A stretch of 64,000 nt of DNA, from the NCBI GenBank assembly GCA_964611205.1, contig CAZSZB010000004.1, positions 12,121 through 76,120 of the forward strand, in the 5' to 3' direction. The position numbers were made by a program, and so were the translations under genes. This DNA is from an uncultured Candidatus Saccharibacteria bacterium (GTDB lineage: Bacteria; Patescibacteriota; Minisyncoccia; Phycocordibacterales; UBA918). The notes below the pieces were generated by a model. The model saw only the letters and a program-made list of their open reading frames with translations, made no database searches and was not told the origin of the DNA. This document shows positions 37,260 through 46,438 of this stretch, piece by piece (within the stretch, counting starts at the first letter, position 1; each line of letters starts with the position of its first letter).

Positions 37260-37445
37260 ATGGCACGAAAGTCAATTATCGCTCGGTCCCTACGAGTACC
37301 AAAATTCAAATCTCGTGTTGTACGTCGTTGTAATCGGTGTGGTCGCGCGCATGGCTACTTACGAGACTTCGATCTATGTCGTATCTGTTTCCGTGAAGCG
37401 GCGCATGAAGGACATATTCCAGGTGTAAAAAAATCATCATGGTAG
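37260..37445 (+). CDS. rpsZ: Ribosomal protein S14, short zinc-binding (type Z) form
   Basis: 61 aa starting [10 protein letters not shown], with CNRCGR...CRIC cysteines. Confidence 0.85.
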   Translation: MARKSIIARSLRVPKFKSRVVRRCNRCGRAHGYLRDFDLCRICFREAAHEGHIPGVKKSSW

Positions 37446-37834
37446 GAGATACAGTAGGAGATTTCATCATCCAGCTAAAAAATGCTGGTATGGTAGGGAA
37501 GAAAGAAGTACGTTTACCGTACTCAAAACTAAAGCATTCAATAGCGGATGTTTTAAAGAAGGAAGGTTATATTGCCGAAGTGGCAACTGAAGGTGAATCT
37601 GCTAAGAAACAATTAGCTGTTAGCCTTAAATACAGTGAAGCTGGCACTCATAAAATTGTAGATGTGAAGCGAGTCAGTAAACCAGGTCGAAGAACGTATA
37701 CCAAAGCGTCAGAAATTTATCCAGTAAAGTTTGGTAAAGGTCGTGTAATTTTCTCTACCCCTGCCGGTATATTAACTGGCGAGGAAGCTCGTAAACAAAA
37801 CGTAGGTGGAGAACAGTTATTCATGATTTGGTAA
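37439..37834 (+). CDS. rpsH: Ribosomal protein S8
   Basis: 131 aa. Confidence 0.95.
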   Translation: MVGDTVGDFIIQLKNAGMVGKKEVRLPYSKLKHSIADVLKKEGYIAEVATEGESAKKQLAVSLKYSEAGTHKIVDVKRVSKPGRRTYTKASEIYPVKFGKGRVIFSTPAGILTGEEARKQNVGGEQLFMIW

Positions 37835-37838
37835 TAAT

Positions 37839-38372
37839 ATGAGTCGATTAGGAAAACAACCAATTGAGTTACAGTCTGGGGTAGAGATGTCCCTTTCTGG
37901 TGACGTAGTTACTGTTAAGGGTCCCAAAGGCTCATTATCTTTAACTGTTAAAGATAATATCAAGATAAATATTGATGGTTCTACCGTCACTCTTGAGCCA
38001 GTTAATGATGCTAAGGAAACCTTAGCTATGTGGGGTACTTACGCTTCTATTTTACGAAACTTTATCATTGGAGTAACTGAAGGTTACGAGAAAAAGTTAG
38101 AGATTGAAGGAGTTGGTTACCGAGCTGAAGCAGCTGGTCAGAAACTGACTATTAACGTTGGATATTCACACCCAGTCATTATGGAAGTACCAGAGGGTAT
38201 CACCTGCATAGTTGAAAAAAACGTTGTTACAATCTCCGGGATTGATAAACACGCTGTTGGACAATTTGCAGCCAATGTTCGTAAGGTGAAAGAACCAGAA
38301 CCATACAAAGGTAAAGGTATACGTTACCAAGGTGAGTATATTATTCGTAAGCAAGGTAAGAAAGCAGTATAG
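37839..38372 (+). CDS. rplF: Ribosomal protein L6
   Basis: 177 aa. Confidence 0.95.
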   Translation: MSRLGKQPIELQSGVEMSLSGDVVTVKGPKGSLSLTVKDNIKINIDGSTVTLEPVNDAKETLAMWGTYASILRNFIIGVTEGYEKKLEIEGVGYRAEAAGQKLTINVGYSHPVIMEVPEGITCIVEKNVVTISGIDKHAVGQFAANVRKVKEPEPYKGKGIRYQGEYIIRKQGKKAV

Positions 38373-38405
38373 AGTTAATATTGCTTTATCTTAAGTAGAA
38401 ATACT

Positions 38406-38756
38406 ATGAAAAAAACACAAGCTAAAACAGATACTCGCATACGAAGACACAATCGTATCCGGGCAAAGATATTTGGCACCGCTACTAAGCCTCGCCTTGC
38501 TGTCTTTAAGAGTAATACAGCTTTGTATGCGCAGCTGATAAATGATGATACAAATCAAACTATCGCTGCTGCAGATACCCGAAAGGCTGTCGGCGCTAAC
38601 CTAACAGAAAAGTCTGCAGCCGTAGGTAAAACTATCGCTGAAGCCGGAAAGAAAGCAGGGATAGAAACCATTGTTTTCGACCGTGGAGGATTTAAGTATC
38701 AGGGTATAATTGCTGCTTTAGCAGACGGAGCCCGTGAAGCTGGACTTAAATTCTAG
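38406..38756 (+). CDS. rplR: Ribosomal protein L18
   Basis: 116 aa. Confidence 0.9.
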   Translation: MKKTQAKTDTRIRRHNRIRAKIFGTATKPRLAVFKSNTALYAQLINDDTNQTIAAADTRKAVGANLTEKSAAVGKTIAEAGKKAGIETIVFDRGGFKYQGIIAALADGAREAGLKF

Positions 38757-38782
38757 TGTAATTAAAAATAAATCTAATTAAA

Positions 38783-39445
38783 ATGTCAGAACAAAAAAAG
38801 CAGGAAGCTACAATGGAAGTCGAGACTGCGAACAACGCAGTTCCTACTCCAGACACTGATACAAAGACTGTATCGACTGATGCACCCGCTGCTGACGAGT
38901 CTAAGCAGAGTGCGAGACCACAGCGAGGACGCGGCGGTAATCGAAGTGGGGGTGATAATCAACGCAATCCACGTCGTCCTCGACGAGGTGGTCGCGGAGG
39001 AGAGCGAGTTCGCCAAGAATTTGATCAAAAAATCGTTAGTATCCGTCGCGTAACTCGTGTTATGGCAGGAGGACGACGTTTCTCCTTCTCAGTTTCGATG
39101 GTTATTGGTGATAAGAAGGGAAGAGTGGGAGTTGGTATTGGAAAAGCTGGAGATACTCAATTAGCTATTGAAAAATCAGTTCGTAATGCTAAGAAAAATA
39201 TGATCACTGTTCCTCTTAACAAAGATGGACACATACCACACGATGTACACACAAAAATTTCTTCTAGTGAAGTTATGATAATACCGGCTCCAGGCCGCGG
39301 TTTGGTTGCTGGTTCTTCTGTCCGTACAGTTTTGGAATTGGCGGGAGTAAAAGATGTTACAGCAAAGATATTTTCTCGCAGTAAGAATAAACTTAATAAC
39401 GCTCGTGCTACTGTCGAAGCACTTAAGCAATTAAAGAACGAATAA
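38783..39445 (+). CDS. rpsE: Ribosomal protein S5 with a ~75-aa Arg/Gly-rich N-terminal extension
   Basis: The S5 core begins near IVSIRRVTRVMAGGRRFSF. The preceding tail is low-complexity RGG/RRPRR. Confidence 0.9.
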   Translation: MSEQKKQEATMEVETANNAVPTPDTDTKTVSTDAPAADESKQSARPQRGRGGNRSGGDNQRNPRRPRRGGRGGERVRQEFDQKIVSIRRVTRVMAGGRRFSFSVSMVIGDKKGRVGVGIGKAGDTQLAIEKSVRNAKKNMITVPLNKDGHIPHDVHTKISSSEVMIIPAPGRGLVAGSSVRTVLELAGVKDVTAKIFSRSKNKLNNARATVEALKQLKNE

Positions 39446-39447
39446 GT

Positions 39448-39897
39448 ATGCAGTTACACGAATTAAAACCAACCAAAGTTCGCAAAGTGGCCAAGCGTGT
39501 TGGTCGTGGTGGTAAACGCGGAAAAACTTCTGGCCGTGGTCATAAAGGTCAGAAAGCTCGTGCTGGTAACAGTACTCGTCCTGAAATGCGAGACTTCATT
39601 AAGAAATTACCTAAGTTGCGAGGACATGGTATCAACCGAGCTAAAACTGTAAACGCAGATAAGTTATCTATAACGGTAGTTAATCTAAGTCGTTTAGAAG
39701 CCATGTTAGAAAACAATTCACCCGTAAATCCTAAGTCTTTAGTGACTGCAGGCGTAGTTGCTTCAGTTAGAAAAAAAGCTCCTGTAGTTAAGATTTTGGG
39801 AAATGGTGAAGTTACCAAAAAATTCATAGTTACTAATTGTCAGGTCTCTGCGACAGCTAAAGAAAAGATTGAAAAGGCTGGAGGAAGCGTTGCTTAG
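39448..39897 (+). CDS. rplO: Ribosomal protein L15
   Basis: The protein starts MQLHELKP and starts 3 nt after the rpsE stop. Confidence 0.9.
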   Translation: MQLHELKPTKVRKVAKRVGRGGKRGKTSGRGHKGQKARAGNSTRPEMRDFIKKLPKLRGHGINRAKTVNADKLSITVVNLSRLEAMLENNSPVNPKSLVTAGVVASVRKKAPVVKILGNGEVTKKFIVTNCQVSATAKEKIEKAGGSVA

Positions 39898-39915
39898 TGT
39901 TAAAATAAAATAACT

Positions 39916-41190
39916 ATGCAAAAATTAATCCACAAACTGAAGATAATGGTAACCGACAAAGCGATTCGTAATCGGATTCTCTTTGTCTTGGGAGCGCTTG
40001 TAATTTTCCGAGCTTTAGCTACGATTCCAATTCCTGGTGTTGACCAAATAGTCCTCAATCAGTTTTTTGCTAACAACCAATTTTTAGGCTTGTTAAACAT
40101 TTTCTCTGGTGGTGGCCTATCAAACCTGTCCATTATGATGCTTGGAGTGGGTCCTTACATTACTAGCTCCATTATTATGCAGCTATTGACTGTAATGTCA
40201 CCGAAAATTAAAAGTCTCTACTCCGAAGAAGGAGAGGCTGGACGGGCTAAATTTCAGCAATATAGTCGCTTACTAACTCTTCCGTTAGCTATTCTACAAG
40301 CTTTCGGTTTCTTGACTCTATTACAAAGTCAGGGAGTGTTGGCTGGATTATCTACTTTTGATTTCGCAATCAACATTGTTTTGGTAGTAGCAGGATCATT
40401 ACTACTGATGTGGATTGGTGAATTAGTAACCGAGTTTGGTATTGGAAACGGTGTTTCCATCATCATCTTTGCTGGTATCGTAGCCGGTATTCCACAAACA
40501 GTTAGCCAATTATCTTACGCTTTTGCAGACCCTTCACAATTACCACTTTATATTGGATTCGTGTTGGTGGCTCTAGCAGTGACTTACGCGGTAGTCTTTA
40601 TGACTGAAGCTGAGAGGCCTGTACCGATTACTCACGCTAAACAAAGTCGAGGTACTAGTACTTATGGTGGTAGTCAATCTTACCTACCTTTGCGACTCAA
40701 TCAAGCTGGAGTGATTCCTATCATCTTCGCACTATCAATCCTACTGTTCCCTCAGATGATACTGAATATTCTCTCCGCCTTTGATTTTTCATGGGTAGCA
40801 GGAGCAACAGCTATAGTGACTGGTTTCTTAAATAATCAGTTTTATTATGGTATTGCGTACTTTATCTTGGTATTCCTTTTCACTTACTTCTATACGGCTG
40901 TAACATTCGATCCAGAGCAAGTGGCCAAGAATCTACAACGCAATGGTGCCTTTATTCCGGGTATACGTCCTGGTGGTCACACGTCTGAATATTTAGGCAA
41001 TATCATCACTAGACTGACACTAGTTGGTGCGACATTCCTCGGTATAGTAGCGGTCTTCCCAGTGGCTATGCAGATGGTAACCGGAATTGCTTCACTGGCG
41101 ATTGGTGGTACAGCATTACTGATTGTTGTGAGTGTGGTTTTGGACTTGATTCGTCGTGTTGATGCTCAGGTCAGTTTGCGAGAATACTAA
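39916..41190 (+). CDS. secY: Preprotein translocase SecY
   Basis: 424 aa with 10 transmembrane helices. Confidence 0.95.
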   Translation: MQKLIHKLKIMVTDKAIRNRILFVLGALVIFRALATIPIPGVDQIVLNQFFANNQFLGLLNIFSGGGLSNLSIMMLGVGPYITSSIIMQLLTVMSPKIKSLYSEEGEAGRAKFQQYSRLLTLPLAILQAFGFLTLLQSQGVLAGLSTFDFAINIVLVVAGSLLLMWIGELVTEFGIGNGVSIIIFAGIVAGIPQTVSQLSYAFADPSQLPLYIGFVLVALAVTYAVVFMTEAERPVPITHAKQSRGTSTYGGSQSYLPLRLNQAGVIPIIFALSILLFPQMILNILSAFDFSWVAGATAIVTGFLNNQFYYGIAYFILVFLFTYFYTAVTFDPEQVAKNLQRNGAFIPGIRPGGHTSEYLGNIITRLTLVGATFLGIVAVFPVAMQMVTGIASLAIGGTALLIVVSVVLDLIRRVDAQVSLREY

Positions 41191-41211
41191 TTTAGTCTTT
41201 CTAGACTATTA

Positions 41212-41250
41212 GAAAAAGACCACTAGCCTTTGGCTAGTGGTCTTTTTCTG
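41212..41250 (+). terminator. Strong intrinsic terminator after secY
   Basis: Stem AGACCACTAGCC, loop ttt, stem GGCTAGTGGTCT, followed by five Ts. Confidence 0.75.
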
Positions 41251-41333
41251 TTTAGTTAAAAGTGAAAATCAAAACCCGAAGGTTTTGATTACAAAAGGGG
41301 CGACTGGGCCAGAATATTTGCGGCCCAGTCATC

Positions 41334-41474
41334 TTAGCGTTCGGATTCAACCATTGTTTCGGATTGGCTAGCGTCGGCCGTGACAGTCTCAAAAATAAGA
41401 CTGAAGGTAGCAATGGTTAATCCGATGATGGCAATCATCTGCCAGACTTGGAGTTTTCTTGCGTAAAAAAACAT
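41334..41474 (-). CDS. Candidate 46-aa single-helix membrane peptide, below the 60-aa ORF-track cutoff
   Basis: The peptide MFFYARKLQVWQMIAIIGLTIATFSLIFETVTADASQSETMVESER is followed on the minus strand by a hairpin (GACTGGGCC/GGCCCAGTC) and a T-run. Confidence 0.3.
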   Translation of the reverse strand: MFFYARKLQVWQMIAIIGLTIATFSLIFETVTADASQSETMVESER

Positions 41475-41546
41475 TTGTCCCTCTTGGTTTATTGGTCTCT
41501 GTAGGTAATAGAAACATTTAGGGCGCTGGAAGTCAAATAGTAGATT

Positions 41547-42125
41547 CTATGATTTTAGCCAGTTATGATAACCAGTGATTATTTTTTCAACTACGCTGGG
41601 AATATCATTCTCTGAAGTATTTATTACTAAATCATAATTTTCTTTATTGTACGGATCGATGTTGTAAAGACAAGAGTAACGCTTCGTCTCGCTGGCTAAT
41701 CGCTTCTCTAACTCTTTAACATATTCACTAACGGTCTCTGGTATGTGCTCAGCTTCCATTCTGCTTTTATCAATATTTGAGATAATACGCTCAGCAGCAG
41801 TTTCCAAGTCCAAATCTAAATAAACTTTAAAGGATTGTGGTATCCAGTGCCAGGCTGTCCGAGAGTCGATTACTATTTCATTTTCGTTTTCTCCTAATTC
41901 TTCAAGTTTGCTATCTACCCGATGATCAATGGTGTTTTCATTTTCAGCGGTTTTATTGGCTTTAAGTAAATCGATACCCATTTCTTTACCAATTGCTCTA
42001 AAAAGGTCTCCGGAAGAAAAATGCTTGTAGTTTAGTTCAGAAGCTACTTTTTTAGAAGTAGTGGATTTGCCGCTACCAGGCTTGCCTGCAATTGTGATTA
42101 TATTTTTCTTTAGCATAGTCATCAT
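41547..42125 (-). CDS. cmk: Cytidylate kinase-like P-loop nucleotide kinase
   Basis: A Walker A motif (GKPGSGKST) and colinear similarity to short-form Cmk. Confidence 0.55.
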   Translation of the reverse strand: MMTMLKKNIITIAGKPGSGKSTTSKKVASELNYKHFSSGDLFRAIGKEMGIDLLKANKTAENENTIDHRVDSKLEELGENENEIVIDSRTAWHWIPQSFKVYLDLDLETAAERIISNIDKSRMEAEHIPETVSEYVKELEKRLASETKRYSCLYNIDPYNKENYDLVINTSENDIPSVVEKIITGYHNWLKS

Positions 42126-42176
42126 ACGATACCATCATCTTGTAATTTTGTGTAACTAAAGTAAACTGCTCATATT

Positions 42177-42773
42177 ATGCGACCAAAAACAGTTATTTTC
42201 ATTGGACCTCAGGGTAGTGGTAAGGGAACACAAATTGTTGAATTAGATTCAATTTTGAAGAAAATTGATCCAACAAGAAGAGTGGTAGATATCCAGACTG
42301 GAAGGAGATTTAGAGCCATGGCTGCTTCAGGCGAGGGTTATACAGAAAGACACATTAGCAAGACACTGGATGAAGGTGTGTTGCAGCCGTTATTTCTCTC
42401 TACTGTCCTCTGGGGGGACGCTATGAAGGTTCATGTAGATGAAGATTGTCATTTACTAGTTGATGGTTTCCCGCGCATTGTAGATGAAGCAAGGGTTCTG
42501 GAATCCGCTTTGGATTTTTATAAGAGGGAGTATCTTGATATCATCAATTTAGATACACCGGAGGCTGTTGTTCGTGCCCGGATGGAAGAACGAGCGCGAC
42601 CAGACGATACTAAAGAATCTATCGAGGAACGATTGCGTTGGTACCGAGAAGAGACTTTACCAGTAGTTGAATATTATAGAAAAAGAGCTAACACAACTGT
42701 TCATGATATAGATGGAACAGACACTATTAGTGGAGTTCATACTGCTATATTGCAAGCGTTAAATATTAACTGA
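42177..42773 (+). CDS. adk: Adenylate kinase family protein
   Basis: GPQGSGKGTQ P-loop and DGFPR motif. Confidence 0.75.
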   Translation: MRPKTVIFIGPQGSGKGTQIVELDSILKKIDPTRRVVDIQTGRRFRAMAASGEGYTERHISKTLDEGVLQPLFLSTVLWGDAMKVHVDEDCHLLVDGFPRIVDEARVLESALDFYKREYLDIINLDTPEAVVRARMEERARPDDTKESIEERLRWYREETLPVVEYYRKRANTTVHDIDGTDTISGVHTAILQALNIN

Positions 42774-43543
42774 TGAGTATTACAATAAAAACTGCTGAAG
42801 ATATTAAAAAGTTGCGCAAAGGAGGAAAGATACTCGCGTCTATTCTCGACGATTTAGAGAAATTAGTGGTGCCTGGTAATACGACCCTGGATATAGAAGA
42901 CGAAGCGATGGCTCTAATTGAAAAGCATGGAGTTGAGCCAATGATCCTTGGTTACCAACCAGGTTTTGCACCACGTCCTTATCCGGCTGCTACTTGTGTG
43001 TCTATCAATGATGTTTTGGTACATGGAATTCCAAATGAGCATCCAGAGGAATTTATAGCTGGAGACGTTGTTTCCATTGATACAGTGATCGCTTATGAAG
43101 GGTTAGTGGTTGATGCAGCTCGCACGGTAGCGGTAGGAGAAGCTAGTGAAGAAGTAAAACGCCTACTTGAGGTAACAAAGGAAGCTTTAAAAGCCGGAAT
43201 TAAAGCAGCTAAGGCGGGCAATTATACCCAGGACATCGGCCGAGCAGTTACTGAATCAGTACCAGCTGGTTTTGGTATTGTGGAAAGTTTTTGTGGTCAC
43301 GGTTTGGGCTATGATTTGCATGAGGAACCAAATGTGCCTAACTTCATAACTAAAGATAAAGGAGCCAAATTAAAACCAGGTATGGTTATAGCAATTGAGC
43401 CAATGATTACTTTGGGTAGTAAAGAAGTAGAAGTATTACCCGATGGTTACACCGCGGTTACAGTAGACGGTTCTCTATCCGCTCATATGGAGCACACAAT
43501 TTTAATCACAGAAGATGGTCCAGAAATATTGACTATTAACTAA
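42773..43543 (+). CDS. map: Methionine aminopeptidase type I
   Basis: 256-aa pita-bread-fold protein with a start/stop overlap with adk. Confidence 0.9.
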   Translation: MSITIKTAEDIKKLRKGGKILASILDDLEKLVVPGNTTLDIEDEAMALIEKHGVEPMILGYQPGFAPRPYPAATCVSINDVLVHGIPNEHPEEFIAGDVVSIDTVIAYEGLVVDAARTVAVGEASEEVKRLLEVTKEALKAGIKAAKAGNYTQDIGRAVTESVPAGFGIVESFCGHGLGYDLHEEPNVPNFITKDKGAKLKPGMVIAIEPMITLGSKEVEVLPDGYTAVTVDGSLSAHMEHTILITEDGPEILTIN

Positions 43544-43554
43544 TTTTATTTAGA

Positions 43555-43592
43555 CAAAAATCATAAAATGCGTTGCATTTTATGATTTTTGT
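43555..43592 (+). terminator. Intrinsic terminator after map
   Basis: 15-bp stem AAAATCATAAAATGC, loop gtt, stem GCATTTTATGATTTT. Confidence 0.7.
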
Positions 43593-43633
43593 CGCTATAC
43601 TTCGGCGGTTAGATAACTAAAAATTTATTAAAT

Positions 43634-44239
43634 ATGGGACAACAATTACATCAAGAACGTTCACTCGTGATACTTAAACCAGACTCAGTTCAACGAAGTT
43701 TGGTTGGGGATATTATTCAGCGTTTTGAACGAACTGGTTTAAAAATTTCAGCTATGAAAATGATAGTAGCTACTGAGCAACAGCTGCTAGAACATTACAA
43801 TAAAGATGATGAATGGTTTCAGAAAAAGGGTGAAGGCATTATCAGAGATATGGAAGCTCAAAATCTGCCAGTTGAAAAAGAGGCAATTGAGTATGGTAAA
43901 GATATCGTCCGCAACCTTGTAACTTATATGACAGCTGCTCCAGTGGTAGCTATGGTGATGGAAGGAAATCAGGCTGTCGCCGTTGTGTCTAAGATTGTAG
44001 GAACTACCGAACCTTGTACTTCTGATGTCGGTACAATAAGAGGAGATTATACAGTAGATTCATATTCTCACTCTACACTCGAGAATCGTGGAGTTCGAAA
44101 CTTGGTCCATCAATCAGAATCACCAGAAGAAGCAGCTCGAGAGATACCACTATGGTTTAAGCCAGAAGAAATCATGAATTATGTTACAGCTCAAGAGCGC
44201 ATAATGTATGATGTTAACTTTGATGGAGTAAAAGACTAA
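43634..44239 (+). CDS. ndk: Nucleoside diphosphate kinase, long form with an insertion
   Basis: Motifs ILKPDSVQRSLVGDIIQRFE and NLVHQSES; the active-site His is retained. Confidence 0.75.
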   Translation: MGQQLHQERSLVILKPDSVQRSLVGDIIQRFERTGLKISAMKMIVATEQQLLEHYNKDDEWFQKKGEGIIRDMEAQNLPVEKEAIEYGKDIVRNLVTYMTAAPVVAMVMEGNQAVAVVSKIVGTTEPCTSDVGTIRGDYTVDSYSHSTLENRGVRNLVHQSESPEEAAREIPLWFKPEEIMNYVTAQERIMYDVNFDGVKD

Positions 44240-44275
44240 ACAGCTCAACACAAAGTATATTTTTTAAAAAATTAC

Positions 44276-44312
44276 AAAAGACCTAGCAATTATCCGCTAG
44301 GTTTTTTGTTTT
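44276..44312 (+). terminator. Intrinsic terminator after ndk
   Basis: Stem ACCTAGC, loop, stem GCTAGGT, then TTTTTTGTTTTT. Confidence 0.65.
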
Positions 44313-44364
44313 TAAAGTTACAAAATAGAAAATTTGAAGGAGAGAGTAACATTTTTTAAGTTTG

Positions 44365-44373
44365 TGATATAAT
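44365..44373 (+). promoter_or_regulatory. Extended -10 promoter element (TGaTATAAT) for the downstream small RNA
   Basis: TG at -15/-14 with a perfect TATAAT. No good -35 is present. Confidence 0.4.
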
Positions 44374-44380
44374 CGATATT

Positions 44381-44566
44381 GGAACCACTTATTTCGTATG
44401 TTCCGCTTAAGTCATTGTTCAGGGCTGCCTATAGCTGCAGGGAGTAATGAGAACTCGCAAGAGATTTCAGACACGACCTGAGAAGGGTGCCCACCTGGAA
44501 ACCCCGGGAGCATACGACTTGTTGTGGTTCCGTGAAAGAATACCTCACTTAGAGGTATTTTTTCTT
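44381..44566 (+). ncRNA. Candidate ~186-nt small RNA with its own promoter and terminator (6S-like size and architecture; class unassigned)
   Basis: The 5' GGAACCAC pairs with the 3' GTGGTTCC, then CGTATG/CATACG and TTCC/GGAG extend a long imperfect closing helix. The body is GC-rich and it ends with a terminator hairpin (AATACCTC/GAGGTATT) plus six Ts. Confidence 0.4.
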
Positions 44567-44585
44567 ATCTACCGGTAAAGTTGAC

Positions 44586-44981
44586 GTGCTATTATATATA
44601 CATATGTTACAACTGACGACAGTATTATTTCTAATTGCAGGCTCTATATTGGCGGTAGTTCACGCTATTGCTATGAAATTATATTTATATTGGAATCTTT
44701 GGTGGTTTGATTTACCAATGCACTTTTTAGGGGGAATAGTAGTGGCCTTGTTGGTTTTTACTCTGAAAGATTTACGGTTGGTTTCAAGACAGTTACTCAA
44801 GCCTTTTAAAGTAATAATTATCGTTTTCTTGGTAGCTGTAACTTGGGAATTATATGAGCTTTGGGCAGGAACCTTAATGGAAAGTAATTATATTTTTGAT
44901 ACAGCTCTCGATCTTATAATGGGCTTGTTGGGAGGAATTGTAGGTTATTTAGTCGCTAATAGTATTCGTCGATTAACTTAA
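44586..44981 (+). CDS. Small polytopic membrane protein
   Basis: 131 aa with four transmembrane helices. Confidence 0.5.
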   Translation: MLLYIHMLQLTTVLFLIAGSILAVVHAIAMKLYLYWNLWWFDLPMHFLGGIVVALLVFTLKDLRLVSRQLLKPFKVIIIVFLVAVTWELYELWAGTLMESNYIFDTALDLIMGLLGGIVGYLVANSIRRLT

Positions 44982-44990
44982 TCTCTGTTT

Positions 44991-46352
44991 ATGTCTTCCA
45001 TTTTAAATTTTTACGGTGGCGTTGGTAGTGTAACAGGAGCAAATTTTGTACTTAATACCGGAGAATTAAATATCGCAGTCGATTGTGGTTTGATACAAGG
45101 TGATCGTTTTGCTCAAGCTGCTAACGCAGAGCCTTTTGCTTACAATCCGGCAGATATAGATGTGCTGTTTGTTACTCACGCTCACGCTGATCATATTGGA
45201 CGTATCCCCAAATTAGTACGTGAAGGATTTTCTGGTGTTATCTATTCGACGACCCCGACCAAAGAGCTGGCAGACATTATGATGCGGGATGCTCTTAAAG
45301 TAATGCAATATGAGAAAGAACGTTACGGAATAGAAATACTTTATGAGACGAAAGACATAGATGCGGCCATGGCTTTATGGCGGACGTTAGCTTATGAAGA
45401 AACAGTTAAGCTACAAGATAATGTGGAAGCTTATATAACAGACGCTGGTCATATACTAGGTTCAGGTATGATTCATCTTAAAAGGGGAGACAAAAAAATC
45501 GTCTTCACAGGAGATATCGGCAACATCCCGCAACCCTTACTAAATCCGCCAGTTGTGCCCACTGACTACGACTATATAGTAATGGAGAGTGTTTATGGCG
45601 ACCGGTTACACGAAGAGGTGGAGGAAAGAACAGAATTACTCCAACACTATATAGAGGATATACAAAGAAAAAATGGGACTCTAATAATTCCAGCTTTCTC
45701 TCTTGAGCGTACCCAAGGGATGCTCTATGAAATAAATAACATGGTCGAATCAGGAGCTATCAAACCTCTGCCCGTCTTCCTAGACTCACCACTAGCTATT
45801 TCAGTTACAGAGATTTATCGTCGACATATCGGTTATCTAAAAAACGATGTGCAGAAGCAGATTAAAGCAGGTGATGATATTTTTGATTTCACCGGCCTTT
45901 CCTTTACCCGAACAGTCCATGACTCTGCAGAGATTGCGAAAGAAAAAGGTGCCAAGATAATCATCGCCGGTTCAGGTATGAGTCACGGAGGACGCATTAG
46001 GGGACATGAGCAACGGTATTTAGATGAAAAAAATACGACGTTACTATTAGTTGGTTACCAGACAGTAGGAAGTCTTGGTCGGTTGCTCGCTGATGGAGCA
46101 AAAAAAGTACGGATAGATAAAATGGATGTAAAGGTTAAGGCAAAAATAGCCAGGATACGAGGTTACTCCGGACATGCTGATAGAGATCAATTAGTTGATT
46201 TAATCGCCCAAGGCGGAGATAAGGTAAAACAAGTGTTTGTCACGATGGGAGAGGAAAAATCATCTTTATTCCTAGTACAACGATTACGAGATTATTTGGA
46301 CATAAATGCCACCGCGCCAGCTCTAGACCAAAAAGCAGAAATAGATTTTTAG
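44991..46352 (+). CDS. Metallo-beta-lactamase / beta-CASP family ribonuclease (RNase J-like)
   Basis: HAHADH motif in a 453-aa MBL plus beta-CASP architecture. Confidence 0.7.
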   Translation: MSSILNFYGGVGSVTGANFVLNTGELNIAVDCGLIQGDRFAQAANAEPFAYNPADIDVLFVTHAHADHIGRIPKLVREGFSGVIYSTTPTKELADIMMRDALKVMQYEKERYGIEILYETKDIDAAMALWRTLAYEETVKLQDNVEAYITDAGHILGSGMIHLKRGDKKIVFTGDIGNIPQPLLNPPVVPTDYDYIVMESVYGDRLHEEVEERTELLQHYIEDIQRKNGTLIIPAFSLERTQGMLYEINNMVESGAIKPLPVFLDSPLAISVTEIYRRHIGYLKNDVQKQIKAGDDIFDFTGLSFTRTVHDSAEIAKEKGAKIIIAGSGMSHGGRIRGHEQRYLDEKNTTLLLVGYQTVGSLGRLLADGAKKVRIDKMDVKVKAKIARIRGYSGHADRDQLVDLIAQGGDKVKQVFVTMGEEKSSLFLVQRLRDYLDINATAPALDQKAEIDF

Positions 46353-46384
46353 AAAATAGGTAGTCCAATTGTGATTACAGAACA

Positions 46385-46422
46385 AAAAAGACGGGCCCCT
46401 TACCGGGGCCCGTCTTTTTTTG
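46385..46422. terminator. Strong bidirectional intrinsic terminator
   Basis: Stem GACGGGCCCC, loop ttacc, stem GGGGCCCGTC, with a six-A run before and a seven-T run after. Confidence 0.75.
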
Positions 46423-46438
46423 TGACAAAACTTTATAT

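Noticed and set aside
44440-44510. TPP (THI-box) riboswitch call based on the CUGAGA and GGGUGCCC motifs
   Set aside because: The motif order is inverted relative to the THI-box (GGGGUGCCC must precede GCUGAGA), and the ACCUGAUCUGG...GCCAGCG...AGGGA elements are missing.
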